From positions 510,001 to 542,000 of the forward strand of contig NC_014729.1 of assembly GCF_000172995.2 (NCBI RefSeq): DNA of 32,000 nt. Direction: 5' to 3'. The notes beneath the pieces are model-generated. The model searched no databases and was not told the DNA's origin. It saw only the letters and a program-made list of their open reading frames with translations. How positions within the stretch are numbered: the first letter of the stretch is position 1; each line of letters begins with the position of its first letter. Source of the DNA: Halogeometricum borinquense DSM 11551 (GTDB lineage: Archaea > Halobacteriota > Halobacteria > Halobacteriales > Haloferacaceae). Shown here in pieces: positions 8,777-16,435 of the stretch. A program made the translations under genes and the position numbers.

Positions 8777-10006
8777 ATGTCCAGAAGCCCTTCGCTTCCC
8801 GAACGTCCTCGGCTTGACCTCGATCCCGAGATGTCGGATGCCGAGCGCCTGTCTGCACTTCGGCAGCACTTCGAGCGTCTCAGAGAGGTCAACCGAGAAC
8901 TCGACGACCGTCTGACGGAGGCGACAGACCGTCGTGATGATCTCCAGTCTGAAGTCGATCAACTCAAGCGTCGTAACGAGACGTTGAAAACTTCGTCGCT
9001 GTACATTGCGACGGTCGAGGAGGTCACCGACGATGGCGTCGTCATCAAGCAACACGGCAACAACCAAGAGGTCCTGACGGACACGTCGCCTCACCTCGAA
9101 TCGCAGGTCGAAGCGGGCGACAGAGTGGCCATCAACGACTCCTTTGCCATCCAGACCGTCCTTGACGACGAAACGGACGCCCGCGCGCAGGCGATGGAAG
9201 TCGATGCGTCGCCCGACGTGACGTACGACGACATCGGCGGTATCGACGACCAGGTGCGCGAGGTGCGCGAGGCAGTCGAGGACCCGCTCTCGAACCCCGA
9301 GATGTTCGCAAAAGTCGGTGTCGAGCCGCCGTCCGGTGTCCTCTTACACGGACCGCCGGGAACCGGCAAGACGATGTTGGCGAAGGCTGTCGCCAACGAG
9401 ACGGACGCGACGTTCATCAAGATGGCCGGATCCGAACTCGTCCGGAAGTTCATCGGTGAGGGTGCCCGACTCGTCCGCGACCTCTTCGAACTCGCCGCCG
9501 ACCGCGAACCCGCGGTCATCTTTATCGACGAAATCGACGCCGTCGCCTCCAAGCGCACGGACTCGAAGACCTCCGGCGATGCCGAAGTCCAGCGGACGAT
9601 GATGCAGTTGCTCAGTGAGATGGACGGTTTCGACGACCGCGGCGAGATTCGCATCATGGCCGCGACGAACCGCTTCGACATGCTGGACGAGGCTATCCTC
9701 CGTCCGGGCCGGTTCGACCGCCTCATCGAGGTGCCGAACCCCGACCCCGAGGGCATCGTGAAGATTCTCGAAATCCACACGCGCGAGATGAACATCGCCG
9801 ACGACGTGGACTTCGAGGAACTGGCCGAGGAACTCGACGGCCAGTCCGGTGCGGATATCGCCTCGTTGACGACCGAAGCGGGGATGTTCGCCATCCGCGA
9901 CGACCGTACTGAGGTTCGCCGCGTGGACTTCGACGACGCCATCGAGAAGATGCGCGACGCCGAGGACTCGCGCTCGATTCCGGGGCACACCGACTACCAG
10001 TACTAA
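8777..10006 (+). CDS. pan: Proteasome-activating nucleotidase (AAA+ ATPase PAN)
   Basis: 409-aa ORF with an N-terminal coiled coil (LRQHFERLREVNRELDDRL...), OB region, Walker A GPPGTGKT, Walker B IFIDEIDA and second region of homology (ATNRFDMLDEAILRPGRFDR). A TATA-like CATTTATG at 8745-8752 lies about 29 nt upstream. Confidence 0.93.
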   Translation: MSRSPSLPERPRLDLDPEMSDAERLSALRQHFERLREVNRELDDRLTEATDRRDDLQSEVDQLKRRNETLKTSSLYIATVEEVTDDGVVIKQHGNNQEVLTDTSPHLESQVEAGDRVAINDSFAIQTVLDDETDARAQAMEVDASPDVTYDDIGGIDDQVREVREAVEDPLSNPEMFAKVGVEPPSGVLLHGPPGTGKTMLAKAVANETDATFIKMAGSELVRKFIGEGARLVRDLFELAADREPAVIFIDEIDAVASKRTDSKTSGDAEVQRTMMQLLSEMDGFDDRGEIRIMAATNRFDMLDEAILRPGRFDRLIEVPNPDPEGIVKILEIHTREMNIADDVDFEELAEELDGQSGADIASLTTEAGMFAIRDDRTEVRRVDFDDAIEKMRDAEDSRSIPGHTDYQY

Positions 10007-10080
10007 CTGGACATCGACATTCGTCGCTCTCCGACGGTCGTTTCGTAACTCCTTATTCTCCGCGGCGACGTTCTCCGACG

Positions 10081-10551
10081 ATGAACACGATCTACGTCGT
10101 TCGCGGTGTGGGAACCGCCCCTACCGAAATGGCGTCGTACGACGCTGCACTCGCCGCCGCCAACATCCACAACTACAACCTCGTCGCTGTCTCTTCTGTC
10201 ATTCCCGCCGACACCACGGTGGAGGAAGTAGACACCGCACCCGACCTTGGTCCGGCAGGCAACCGCCTCACCGTTGTCGAAGCGCGCGCGACGACGAGCG
10301 ACGCGGGAACCGTTTCGGCCGGACTCGGATGGACGGTCGGTCCCGGCCCGGGACTGTTCTACGAGGCGTCCGGCGCGGACGCCGAGGAGGTCCGTCACGC
10401 TATCGAGGCGGGACTCAGTTCTGGTCGGAACCTCCGAGATTGGCAGTTTGACAACGAACGCGTCACAACGACGACGGCAGACGCCGACGGCGAGGGATAC
10501 ACGACTGCCATTACCGTGGCCGCGTACGGACAGAGCGAACCGATTTTCTGA
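10081..10551 (+). CDS. pdaD: Pyruvoyl-dependent arginine decarboxylase
   Basis: 156-aa ORF. GTAPTEMASYDAALAAANIHNYNLVAVSSVIPAD contains the Ser-Ser self-cleavage site context characteristic of PdaD. Confidence 0.88.
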   Translation: MNTIYVVRGVGTAPTEMASYDAALAAANIHNYNLVAVSSVIPADTTVEEVDTAPDLGPAGNRLTVVEARATTSDAGTVSAGLGWTVGPGPGLFYEASGADAEEVRHAIEAGLSSGRNLRDWQFDNERVTTTTADADGEGYTTAITVAAYGQSEPIF

Positions 10552-10682
10552 GGACGACTAACGGCTTTCTGATTTCGTCTCTCTCGGCTGAGTCCATCGA
10601 CTAGCGACGATTTCGACCGCATTTCTGAAGCTTCCGACGGCTTTATCTGCGGCGTTCCCGTAGGGTTGATGACTCATTCCTC

Positions 10683-11063
10683 ATGAACGGAAACAACCCC
10701 TACGCGGGTGCTCCCGGTGTGGTAGATGCAGGTCGCCCGGAGGAGTCCGAACTTTCCACGGCGCAGGTTCGGCGACTTCGTGAGGCCGTCGCCGGTATCG
10801 TCACGCGGACGCAGACGTACCTCCCAGAAGGCTACGCTGTGGGTTCGGAACTCTCCTACGGGTCCAACGGCCCGCAGGCGACTGTTGCCGTCCACCCGCC
10901 GGTCGGTCGGCCAATCAGCGCCGGATTCACGCCGGACGAGGAGGATCTGGACTCGGGACTCACTGAATCGGACCGCGACGAGGTGGCTCAGGGACTCGCT
11001 GCCTCCGCGGCGTTTCAGGTGATGAACGCTGTCGGCGACGAGTTGACGCCGACCGCTCGGTAA
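10683..11063 (+). CDS. Conserved-looking acidic hypothetical protein
   Basis: 126-aa ORF with high GC3 and acidic composition. No catalytic motif recognised. Confidence 0.6.
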   Translation: MNGNNPYAGAPGVVDAGRPEESELSTAQVRRLREAVAGIVTRTQTYLPEGYAVGSELSYGSNGPQATVAVHPPVGRPISAGFTPDEEDLDSGLTESDRDEVAQGLAASAAFQVMNAVGDELTPTAR

Positions 11064-11111
11064 TCCACGTCTGCTCCGTTTTGGCCGTCACGATAGCCGC
11101 GTCTACAACTT

Positions 11112-11375
11112 TTAATCCGCGTCGTGCAGTCGAGTGTGTGAGGACTCACAGACGCTACTGCCCGATAGCGGCGGATCCACGAACAGGCCGTATACCAACA
11201 TCGCCACCGACGGCAGCCCGCCGAGACTGACGCCGAAAGCGACGCGGATGTCGGTGATTACGGCCACGAGGATGCCGAGAAGCATCGGGAGCGGGAGGAG
11301 TGCCAACAACCAGTCGTACCGCGATTCGACTGCTGGAACGATAGTCTCACCAGTGGGGCGTTTACTGACACTCAT
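11112..11375 (-). CDS. Small membrane protein (two predicted TM helices)
   Basis: 87-aa ORF with hydrophobic segments WLLALLPLPMLLGILVAVI and LGGLPSVAMLVYGLFV. The overlapping 211-aa plus-strand ORF looks like an antisense shadow. Confidence 0.55.
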   Translation of the reverse strand: MSVSKRPTGETIVPAVESRYDWLLALLPLPMLLGILVAVITDIRVAFGVSLGGLPSVAMLVYGLFVDPPLSGSSVCESSHTRLHDAD

Positions 11376-11502
11376 CCGTACTCACCTCGTTCCCGAATAC
11401 GGACGGTTCCGTAGTAAAGATTACGCCGAACCCGCCGGTTCCTTCGGGGAGACGTGTCGATACGTTACGGAAAACCTCCGAGGATTGGACGCCACGCTTC
11501 GT

Positions 11503-11760
11503 TCAGCGGATTCGCTCCGCTACTGTCACCGCGCAGTACTTGCAACGGTACACCCGGTACGGCGTTCGGGAGTACGCCTTGTTCACCTCGCGCACGCCCT
11601 CTCTCGTCTCGCGTTCTTGCACTCTGACGGCGACTTCGTGTTCCCGTTCGCCGCCACACCGGTCGCACTCTCTGACGACCGCTTCGGGGACGCCTGCGTC
11701 GGTGTCGTGACCTTGGTACGCTATGGTGACGTGGCGTACACCGACATGCGTGCTATCCGT
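11503..11760 (-). CDS. Small zinc-ribbon protein (CxxC-N37-CxxC); start codon unresolved, possibly a pseudogene or non-canonical start
   Basis: Hand translation of the minus frame ending at TGA 11503-11505 gives ...TIAYQGHDTDAGVPEAVVRECDRCGGEREHEVAVRVQERETREGVREVNKAYSRTPYRVYRCKYCAVTVAERIR*. The frame is open up to TGA 11887-11889. The first in-frame ATG/GTG/TTG is the GTG at 11620-11622, downstream of the first CxxC. It is absent from the ORF track for that reason. The 5' end given here is arbitrary. Confidence 0.4.
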   Translation of the reverse strand, partial: TDSTHVGVRHVTIAYQGHDTDAGVPEAVVRECDRCGGEREHEVAVRVQERETREGVREVNKAYSRTPYRVYRCKYCAVTVAERIR

Positions 11761-12039
11761 TATCGCTGACGAGGCGAGTGTCAGCGTCCAGTGATAGTTC
11801 CGGGAGATTATGAGAGAGCCGTAGAACGGGGGACCGACCGCTCGCCCGACAGATTTGTGTCGTTCTTTCGCATGTCTTACTGCTTCTCACACCCGAGAGC
11901 TAGTGGCTACCGTGACGCGAGTCGCATACCGACGATCAACTCCAGTTCCGAGTAAATGCGTTTTGTCGATACGAACCGCAACATCAGTGGGTCTAGTTCT
12001 ATCCCGACAACGTGCCTGATTCGGAGTGCTGAGGGGAGA

Positions 12040-12048
12040 TTTTATTAC
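12040..12048 (+). promoter_or_regulatory. TATA-box-like element for the 452-aa island gene (leaderless geometry)
   Basis: TTTTATTAC is centred about 28 nt upstream of the ATG at 12072, the usual spacing for haloarchaeal leaderless transcripts. Confidence 0.45.
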
Positions 12049-12071
12049 TCTCTGACAGTACCGGACGTATT

Positions 12072-13430
12072 ATGTCATCCTCTGACACCGCTCACTGGTC
12101 TGAGACACTGCGTGTGATGTTGAATGCGTCTTCCACGACAGACTCCGAAGTGACCGCCTTTATCGACGAGACGATACCGGATGGAGAGAACAAACTGTAC
12201 GACAACAAGCGCCAAGCGTTCATCCATGCGGATAGCAGTGACCAAGGCAAGGAACGGAATTTCCGATTATTGAAGCACATTTGTGCCCTTGCGAACACCC
12301 GTGGAGAGCAACGGTACAGGTACCTCTTCATCGGATTCGGTGACTCTGGGGGCTTCATCGGTGCCAGTGATTGGGACGCTAACGGCGGGGAGCACGTGGT
12401 TGAAGTCGATGAAGCTCGTGTTCAGGACCTCCTTTCGGATAGTCTTGACCCGGTTCCTGAGGTTGAGCGCACTGTGCTCACTCAAGATGACAACACTGCT
12501 GCGGTACTCTCGGTTCGGAGGTCGGATTCTCCACCAGTATTGTTTGACACCTCGATAACCACGAGTGGGGGTGCGACCACATTAGTGAAGAGCGGAGTTG
12601 GCTACGTGAGGAAGGGCTCACAGTCGCGCCCAATGCGTAATTCGGACTATAGAGTCATCATCGAACGCCGGGAAGACCTCGTGAACGAGAAGATTGAGGA
12701 AGCGCTCGGTGGGTTGCAGAGGATGGTTGGAATCTCCTCGGACCAACTTGAGAATCTGGAGATATCGGCGACATCAAGCGACGAGGGCGTCCCTATCGAC
12801 GAAATTGTGACGACAGAAGGTTACAGTGACCTCAACAAGCGACTATCCCTATCTGTTAAGGAGTGGAATTCAAGCGGCGAGCTCTACTCGTCGCGCGGGG
12901 CTGTGTACACGATGTTGAAGCGACGCGATGAGCTGGAACTGGACAACGAAAGGTGTGAATTCCTTGCGTGGAGTACCTTGAACAACAATTTCCCGCCAAC
13001 TGAGTGGATTATCCACCACGAAAATGACTTAGAGGATAGTTTGCTCAGCTTCTACCAAGCCCAACTGAATGGCCGCATGATATCCGTATTTGAGGCGGTC
13101 AACTATATGTTAGAGAATGAAAGGGTACTACGCGCCATCAGCGACGATGGCAGTATGGATTTCCAGTCATCCAAGGCAGACACCTACCTTGACTCAATAA
13201 CGGACCCGCCGGTGGAAAAGATTGAGGACCTCACGGCAAGACGGAACCTGAATATCACCGGCCACGATTACCCAATTACCGATATCGTCACCTCTGGTGG
13301 CCCAGTCGAAACGGGGCTGGAAGAAGTGGTTGACCGCCTAATCAGCGATGATGAAAGTAATGACAGGAGCATATTACGAGACATCGAATATACTAGGCTG
13401 GCGCAATACGTGAGTTCGGACCCAGAGTAA
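12072..13430 (+). CDS. AlbA_2 / Schlafen-like (divergent AAA) N-terminal domain protein with an uncharacterised C-terminal half
   Basis: 452-aa ORF with AT-rich codon usage. The N-terminal roughly 200 aa carry AlbA_2-type blocks: ...WSETL..., FRLLKHICALANTRGEQRYRYLFIGFGDSGGFIGAS, AAVLSVRRSDSPPVLF, GVGYVRKGSQSRPMRNSDYRVIIERR. Residues from about 220 to 452 show no motif I recognise. Confidence 0.75.
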   Translation: MSSSDTAHWSETLRVMLNASSTTDSEVTAFIDETIPDGENKLYDNKRQAFIHADSSDQGKERNFRLLKHICALANTRGEQRYRYLFIGFGDSGGFIGASDWDANGGEHVVEVDEARVQDLLSDSLDPVPEVERTVLTQDDNTAAVLSVRRSDSPPVLFDTSITTSGGATTLVKSGVGYVRKGSQSRPMRNSDYRVIIERREDLVNEKIEEALGGLQRMVGISSDQLENLEISATSSDEGVPIDEIVTTEGYSDLNKRLSLSVKEWNSSGELYSSRGAVYTMLKRRDELELDNERCEFLAWSTLNNNFPPTEWIIHHENDLEDSLLSFYQAQLNGRMISVFEAVNYMLENERVLRAISDDGSMDFQSSKADTYLDSITDPPVEKIEDLTARRNLNITGHDYPITDIVTSGGPVETGLEEVVDRLISDDESNDRSILRDIEYTRLAQYVSSDPE

Positions 13431-13940
13431 CACGCGTTCTCATCTGTGGATGTCATTCCGAGGGCGGGCAATAGCTCACTTTACACCGGCGATAGGGATA
13501 CACAGTCAGCCGTTTCTATACTGTCCGGGAGGGCGTGCTTCGTAGTTGTTTAACAACTAAGCAGATGGCCACGGCGGTATCGGCTGAAACCGCAGAAAAC
13601 TGCCGTTTGAGTCGCACCCCGGACTCAAAACACAGAAAGACCGAACTAACATCGACACGGAGTGGAAACAGAAGTACGTACGTACTCATTCCACTTCTAT
13701 AACCAGAACGACAACGACAGTGGTGGTTGACTGGCTGACAGGCAACCACTTGGTCATCGGGGCGGGCCGACTATCTCCCGCCCCTCCCGTGTATACCGTA
13801 CTGACGAGTGCGTAGGACAATTGTGGGACGGCTCAAAGCGCGTTTCCGTACTGCGGATAGCGAGGGAGGCCCCGCCGACCGCCTCCTCGGCGGAAAAAGT
13901 AAATATCGCTGGCTGAAATTATCGTTATCACCGTATTCTG

Positions 13941-14138
13941 ATGACCTATACACCACCAGAAAAAATCAAGGAATTAGCAAAAGAAGCACAAAGCAACCCT
14001 CTGAGAGACGCTTCTCTGCTTCTCCCCCCTCTCAGTGCTTTTGCGTTATCCGCTTACCCAAAGTATGGTGTTTGGGGACTTGTTTTGACAGTGTTAATCG
14101 GCTTAGTTTCAGTATCACTTGCCCAGTATTTTAAATAA
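13941..14138 (+). CDS. 65-aa micro-membrane protein (two hydrophobic segments)
   Basis: MTYTPPEKIKELAKEAQSNPLRDASLLLPPLSAFALSAYPKYGVWGLVLTVLIGLVSVSLAQYFK. This is the most AT-rich part of the window. AAATTAT at 13916-13922 lies about 22 nt upstream. The ORF ends in tandem TAA TAA stops followed by T5 at 14142-14146. Confidence 0.45.
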   Translation: MTYTPPEKIKELAKEAQSNPLRDASLLLPPLSAFALSAYPKYGVWGLVLTVLIGLVSVSLAQYFK

Positions 14139-14400
14139 TAATTTTTATCGCGGGTGTCGGGGCGGCCGATATTGCGTGAATTAATCGCCACGCTTCTGGC
14201 GCGGACACCCACCCCCTATCCAGTGAGGAACTGAAAGCCGCCCGCGCCAATTTCGACGGGGGGAGTCGTACCGCCTTCGGATGATTATGGGCGTAGGGAG
14301 AGAGGTAGCGCGCAGAACATATATCAGATTGGTAGAGTAGTATGGCGCGTTCGCTCCGATAGGCCCGCAAATTGTCTACACAATTGGCTACACAAAACAG

Positions 14401-16218
14401 TTACTTCCCCCAGAAGGGGTCACGCTGTCGGTGTTTATCCAAATATCCAGTCAACGCTTCGAGTTCGTCGGCGGGAATCTCGTCGGACAGTTCCTGTTCG
14501 AGAATCTTCGCGTGTTTCTCGGGCAGTTCCGTCCAGAGTTCGTCGCCCTCCTCGATCTGTCGGCCGACCGTGGGGCCGTCGATGGCGACCGAAACGCGGT
14601 TGCCCGCGCGGGCTTCCGAAACGTCCTCGCCCTGCTCTTGGATGCCGGAGAGTTGGCCGACGCGGGTGGTTTCGTTGCCCTCCCACTTCACGACGTTCGC
14701 GTTGTTTTTCAGCGTCCCCGAGAGGACTTCGACGCCGACGACGGCGGGGCTCGACTGTCGGAAGACGTGATCTTCGAGGATGCGGAACCGGCAGGGTCGC
14801 ATGATCTTGTCCAGCACCGTCTCCTGCTGGGCGCGCTTGCGTTCCTCGACGAACTCCTCGTACTCCTCGATGAGTTGGTAGATAACGTCGTCCTTGAACA
14901 GACGCACGTCGCCCGTTTTCTCCAGTTCGTCCTCGGCGTTGGCGAGTACGTCCACGTTGAAGCCGAGGATGACCTTGTTCTCCATCTCGCGGGCTGTCGA
15001 GGCGACGGCCACGTCGCGCGGGGCAACGTCGCCGACTTCTGCGCGGAGAATCGGGACTTCCGCTTCGCGCAGCGCGTTCGCCATCGCCTCCAAACTGCCG
15101 AGGGTGTCCGCCTTCACGACGACACCCTCTTCTTCGGTATCCACTTCGATTTCGGCCAGTTCGGACTCAACCTCGGCGATAACGTCGTCTACAGGCTGGT
15201 CGCGGACGACGCGAATCGGCGCGCCCGCCATCGCATCATCGAGATCCGGAGCGGCAATTTTGATACCCGCGGCGGCGCGTACCTCTTCGACCTTATCGAA
15301 CCGTTTCTCGGTTCGAATCTCGGCGTTCGGCCGCGGTTGCAGGAGGGCCCGAACTTCCGTGACGATAGGGCCGTTGACACCGCCGACGACGATCGTGTCG
15401 CTCTCGCGGACACTCCCGTCGTACAGGACAACGTCTACTGTCGCACCGAACCCGCGCTCTTCTTTCACTTCGAGGACGGTTCCCGCGCCGGGACCGCCCA
15501 CGTCTACGGCCATCTCCTCTTTCATGTATCGTTGGGAGAGACCCATGAGAACCGCGAGCAAGTCAGGAATCCCTTCGCCGGTCATTGCCGACAGCGGGAC
15601 GACGCCGACGTTCTTCTGGAAGTTCTGCACGCGCCAGTAGAGGTCCGCAGAGAAGCCTTCGTCCGAGAGATTACCGATTATCTCGTAGAGGTTCTGGTCC
15701 AGTCGTTGCCGGGCGTTGTCCGACTGGTTCTCGTACGTCTCCTGAATGGGTGATCCGTCGTTCGGGTTCCATCCGGGCGTCGTGTCAATTTTGTTGGCGG
15801 CGACCACGAACGGCGTCCCGGTTCGCTTGAGGATGTCGAGCGCCTCGATGGTCTGCGGTTGGAATCCGTCGTTAACGTCAACGACGACAATGGCGATGTC
15901 GGCCAGTGCGCCACCGCGTGATCGAAGCGTCGAGAACGAGTGATGCCCGGGCGTGTCGATGAACAACAATCCGGGAAGGTCGAAGTCGTCCGGATTGACG
16001 AGACTGCCGGCCATCTGTGAGACCGTATCTAGCGGAACCGCCGTAGCGCCGATGTGTTGTGTGATCGCGCCTGCTTCGCCTTCCGAGACCGCAGAGCCGC
16101 GAATCTTGTCGAGCAGCGTCGTCTTGCCGTGATCGACGTGCCCGAGAACAGCGACGATGGGGGTTCGGAGTGCGTTCGATTCAGTCGTGGAAGGAGCGTC
16201 GGCGTCGGTGTCAGACAT
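14401..16218 (-). CDS. infB: Translation initiation factor aIF5B (IF2-type GTPase)
   Basis: 605-aa ORF with G1 GHVDHGKTT, G3 DTPGH and G4 NKID, plus the domain II-IV layout typical of aIF5B. A TATA-like TCTATATCGATA at 16241-16252 lies about 28 nt upstream of the ATG. Confidence 0.95.
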   Translation of the reverse strand: MSDTDADAPSTTESNALRTPIVAVLGHVDHGKTTLLDKIRGSAVSEGEAGAITQHIGATAVPLDTVSQMAGSLVNPDDFDLPGLLFIDTPGHHSFSTLRSRGGALADIAIVVVDVNDGFQPQTIEALDILKRTGTPFVVAANKIDTTPGWNPNDGSPIQETYENQSDNARQRLDQNLYEIIGNLSDEGFSADLYWRVQNFQKNVGVVPLSAMTGEGIPDLLAVLMGLSQRYMKEEMAVDVGGPGAGTVLEVKEERGFGATVDVVLYDGSVRESDTIVVGGVNGPIVTEVRALLQPRPNAEIRTEKRFDKVEEVRAAAGIKIAAPDLDDAMAGAPIRVVRDQPVDDVIAEVESELAEIEVDTEEEGVVVKADTLGSLEAMANALREAEVPILRAEVGDVAPRDVAVASTAREMENKVILGFNVDVLANAEDELEKTGDVRLFKDDVIYQLIEEYEEFVEERKRAQQETVLDKIMRPCRFRILEDHVFRQSSPAVVGVEVLSGTLKNNANVVKWEGNETTRVGQLSGIQEQGEDVSEARAGNRVSVAIDGPTVGRQIEEGDELWTELPEKHAKILEQELSDEIPADELEALTGYLDKHRQRDPFWGK

Positions 16219-16435
16219 GAAAAATCACTCCGAGAAGTGTTCTATATCGATACGCAGGGGGCACCGAAGTTAAGTCCATCGTCACGTCCGGACAAGCGCC
16301 AGCGCGAGACGTGAGGACGCGCCGGATTTCGGACAAATCGACGGACAGTCCAGTTTTCCAGACTGCCCAATACGCTTTGATTCCTCCGTCTGTCCCTCTC
16401 ATCGATACGTCTCGCCATTGACTCGCGACCTGTAA

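Larger units (their letters stand above)
11806..14308. other. Low-GC accessory island (no integrase or transposase seen) inserted between core genes
   Basis: Hand counts of 60-nt samples give about 52% GC at 12072-12131 and about 37% at 13921-13980, against about 58-65% in the flanking genes. The island ORFs use many A/T-ending codons. The proposed bounds are a weak imperfect direct repeat: GATTATG..AGAGAG..GTAG at 11806-11824 and again at 14283-14308. Confidence 0.5.

Noticed and set aside
9091-9990. 299-aa and 214-aa minus-strand ORFs inside the PAN gene
   Set aside because: They are antisense to PAN, which carries Walker A and B motifs. The products are Ser/Arg-rich and low-complexity.
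11722-11750. Programmed -1 frameshift joining the out-of-frame ATG (MSVYATSP*) to the zinc-ribbon frame
   Set aside because: A -1 shift at CCA-TAG would restore the frame arithmetically. However, there is no X-XXY-YYZ slippery heptamer and no obvious downstream stimulatory structure. An indel, pseudogene or near-cognate start is more parsimonious.
11134-11769. 211-aa plus-strand ORF
   Set aside because: It overlaps and runs antisense to both the 87-aa membrane-protein ORF and the zinc-ribbon frame. It is basic and motif-free.
13808-14134. 108-aa GTG-initiated ORF overlapping the 65-aa micro-protein gene in another frame
   Set aside because: The product is basic and Ser/Arg/Lys-rich with no hydrophobic pattern. 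The 65-aa frame has an ATG, TATA-like spacing, two clear TM segments and a double stop.
14376-14395. Direct repeat CTACACAA x2 (14376-14383 and 14388-14395) just downstream of the infB stop, as a possible att site
   Set aside because: It is short (8 bp) and I found no matching copy at the left side of the island. It could be part of the infB 3' end or terminator region. The evidence is too weak to report as a finding.
13440-14400. Possible RNase P RNA or SRP (7S) RNA in the structured island DNA
   Set aside because: I looked on both strands for the universal RNase P P4 elements (GAGGAAAGUCC-type CR-I paired with ACAGAAnnCGGCUUA-type CR-V) and for an SRP helix-8 pattern. Only isolated fragments occur (ACAGAAA at about 13632, GGCTTA at about 14100, GGACTT at about 14067), in the wrong order and spacing and partly inside the micro-ORF. 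An Infernal scan would be decisive.
14431-15753. 440-aa plus-strand ORF antisense to infB, and the similar 248-aa ORF at 14894-15640
   Set aside because: Both are antisense shadows of the aIF5B gene. The compositions are low-complexity Arg/Leu/Val or Ser/Thr-rich, unlike the acidic proteome of the real genes.
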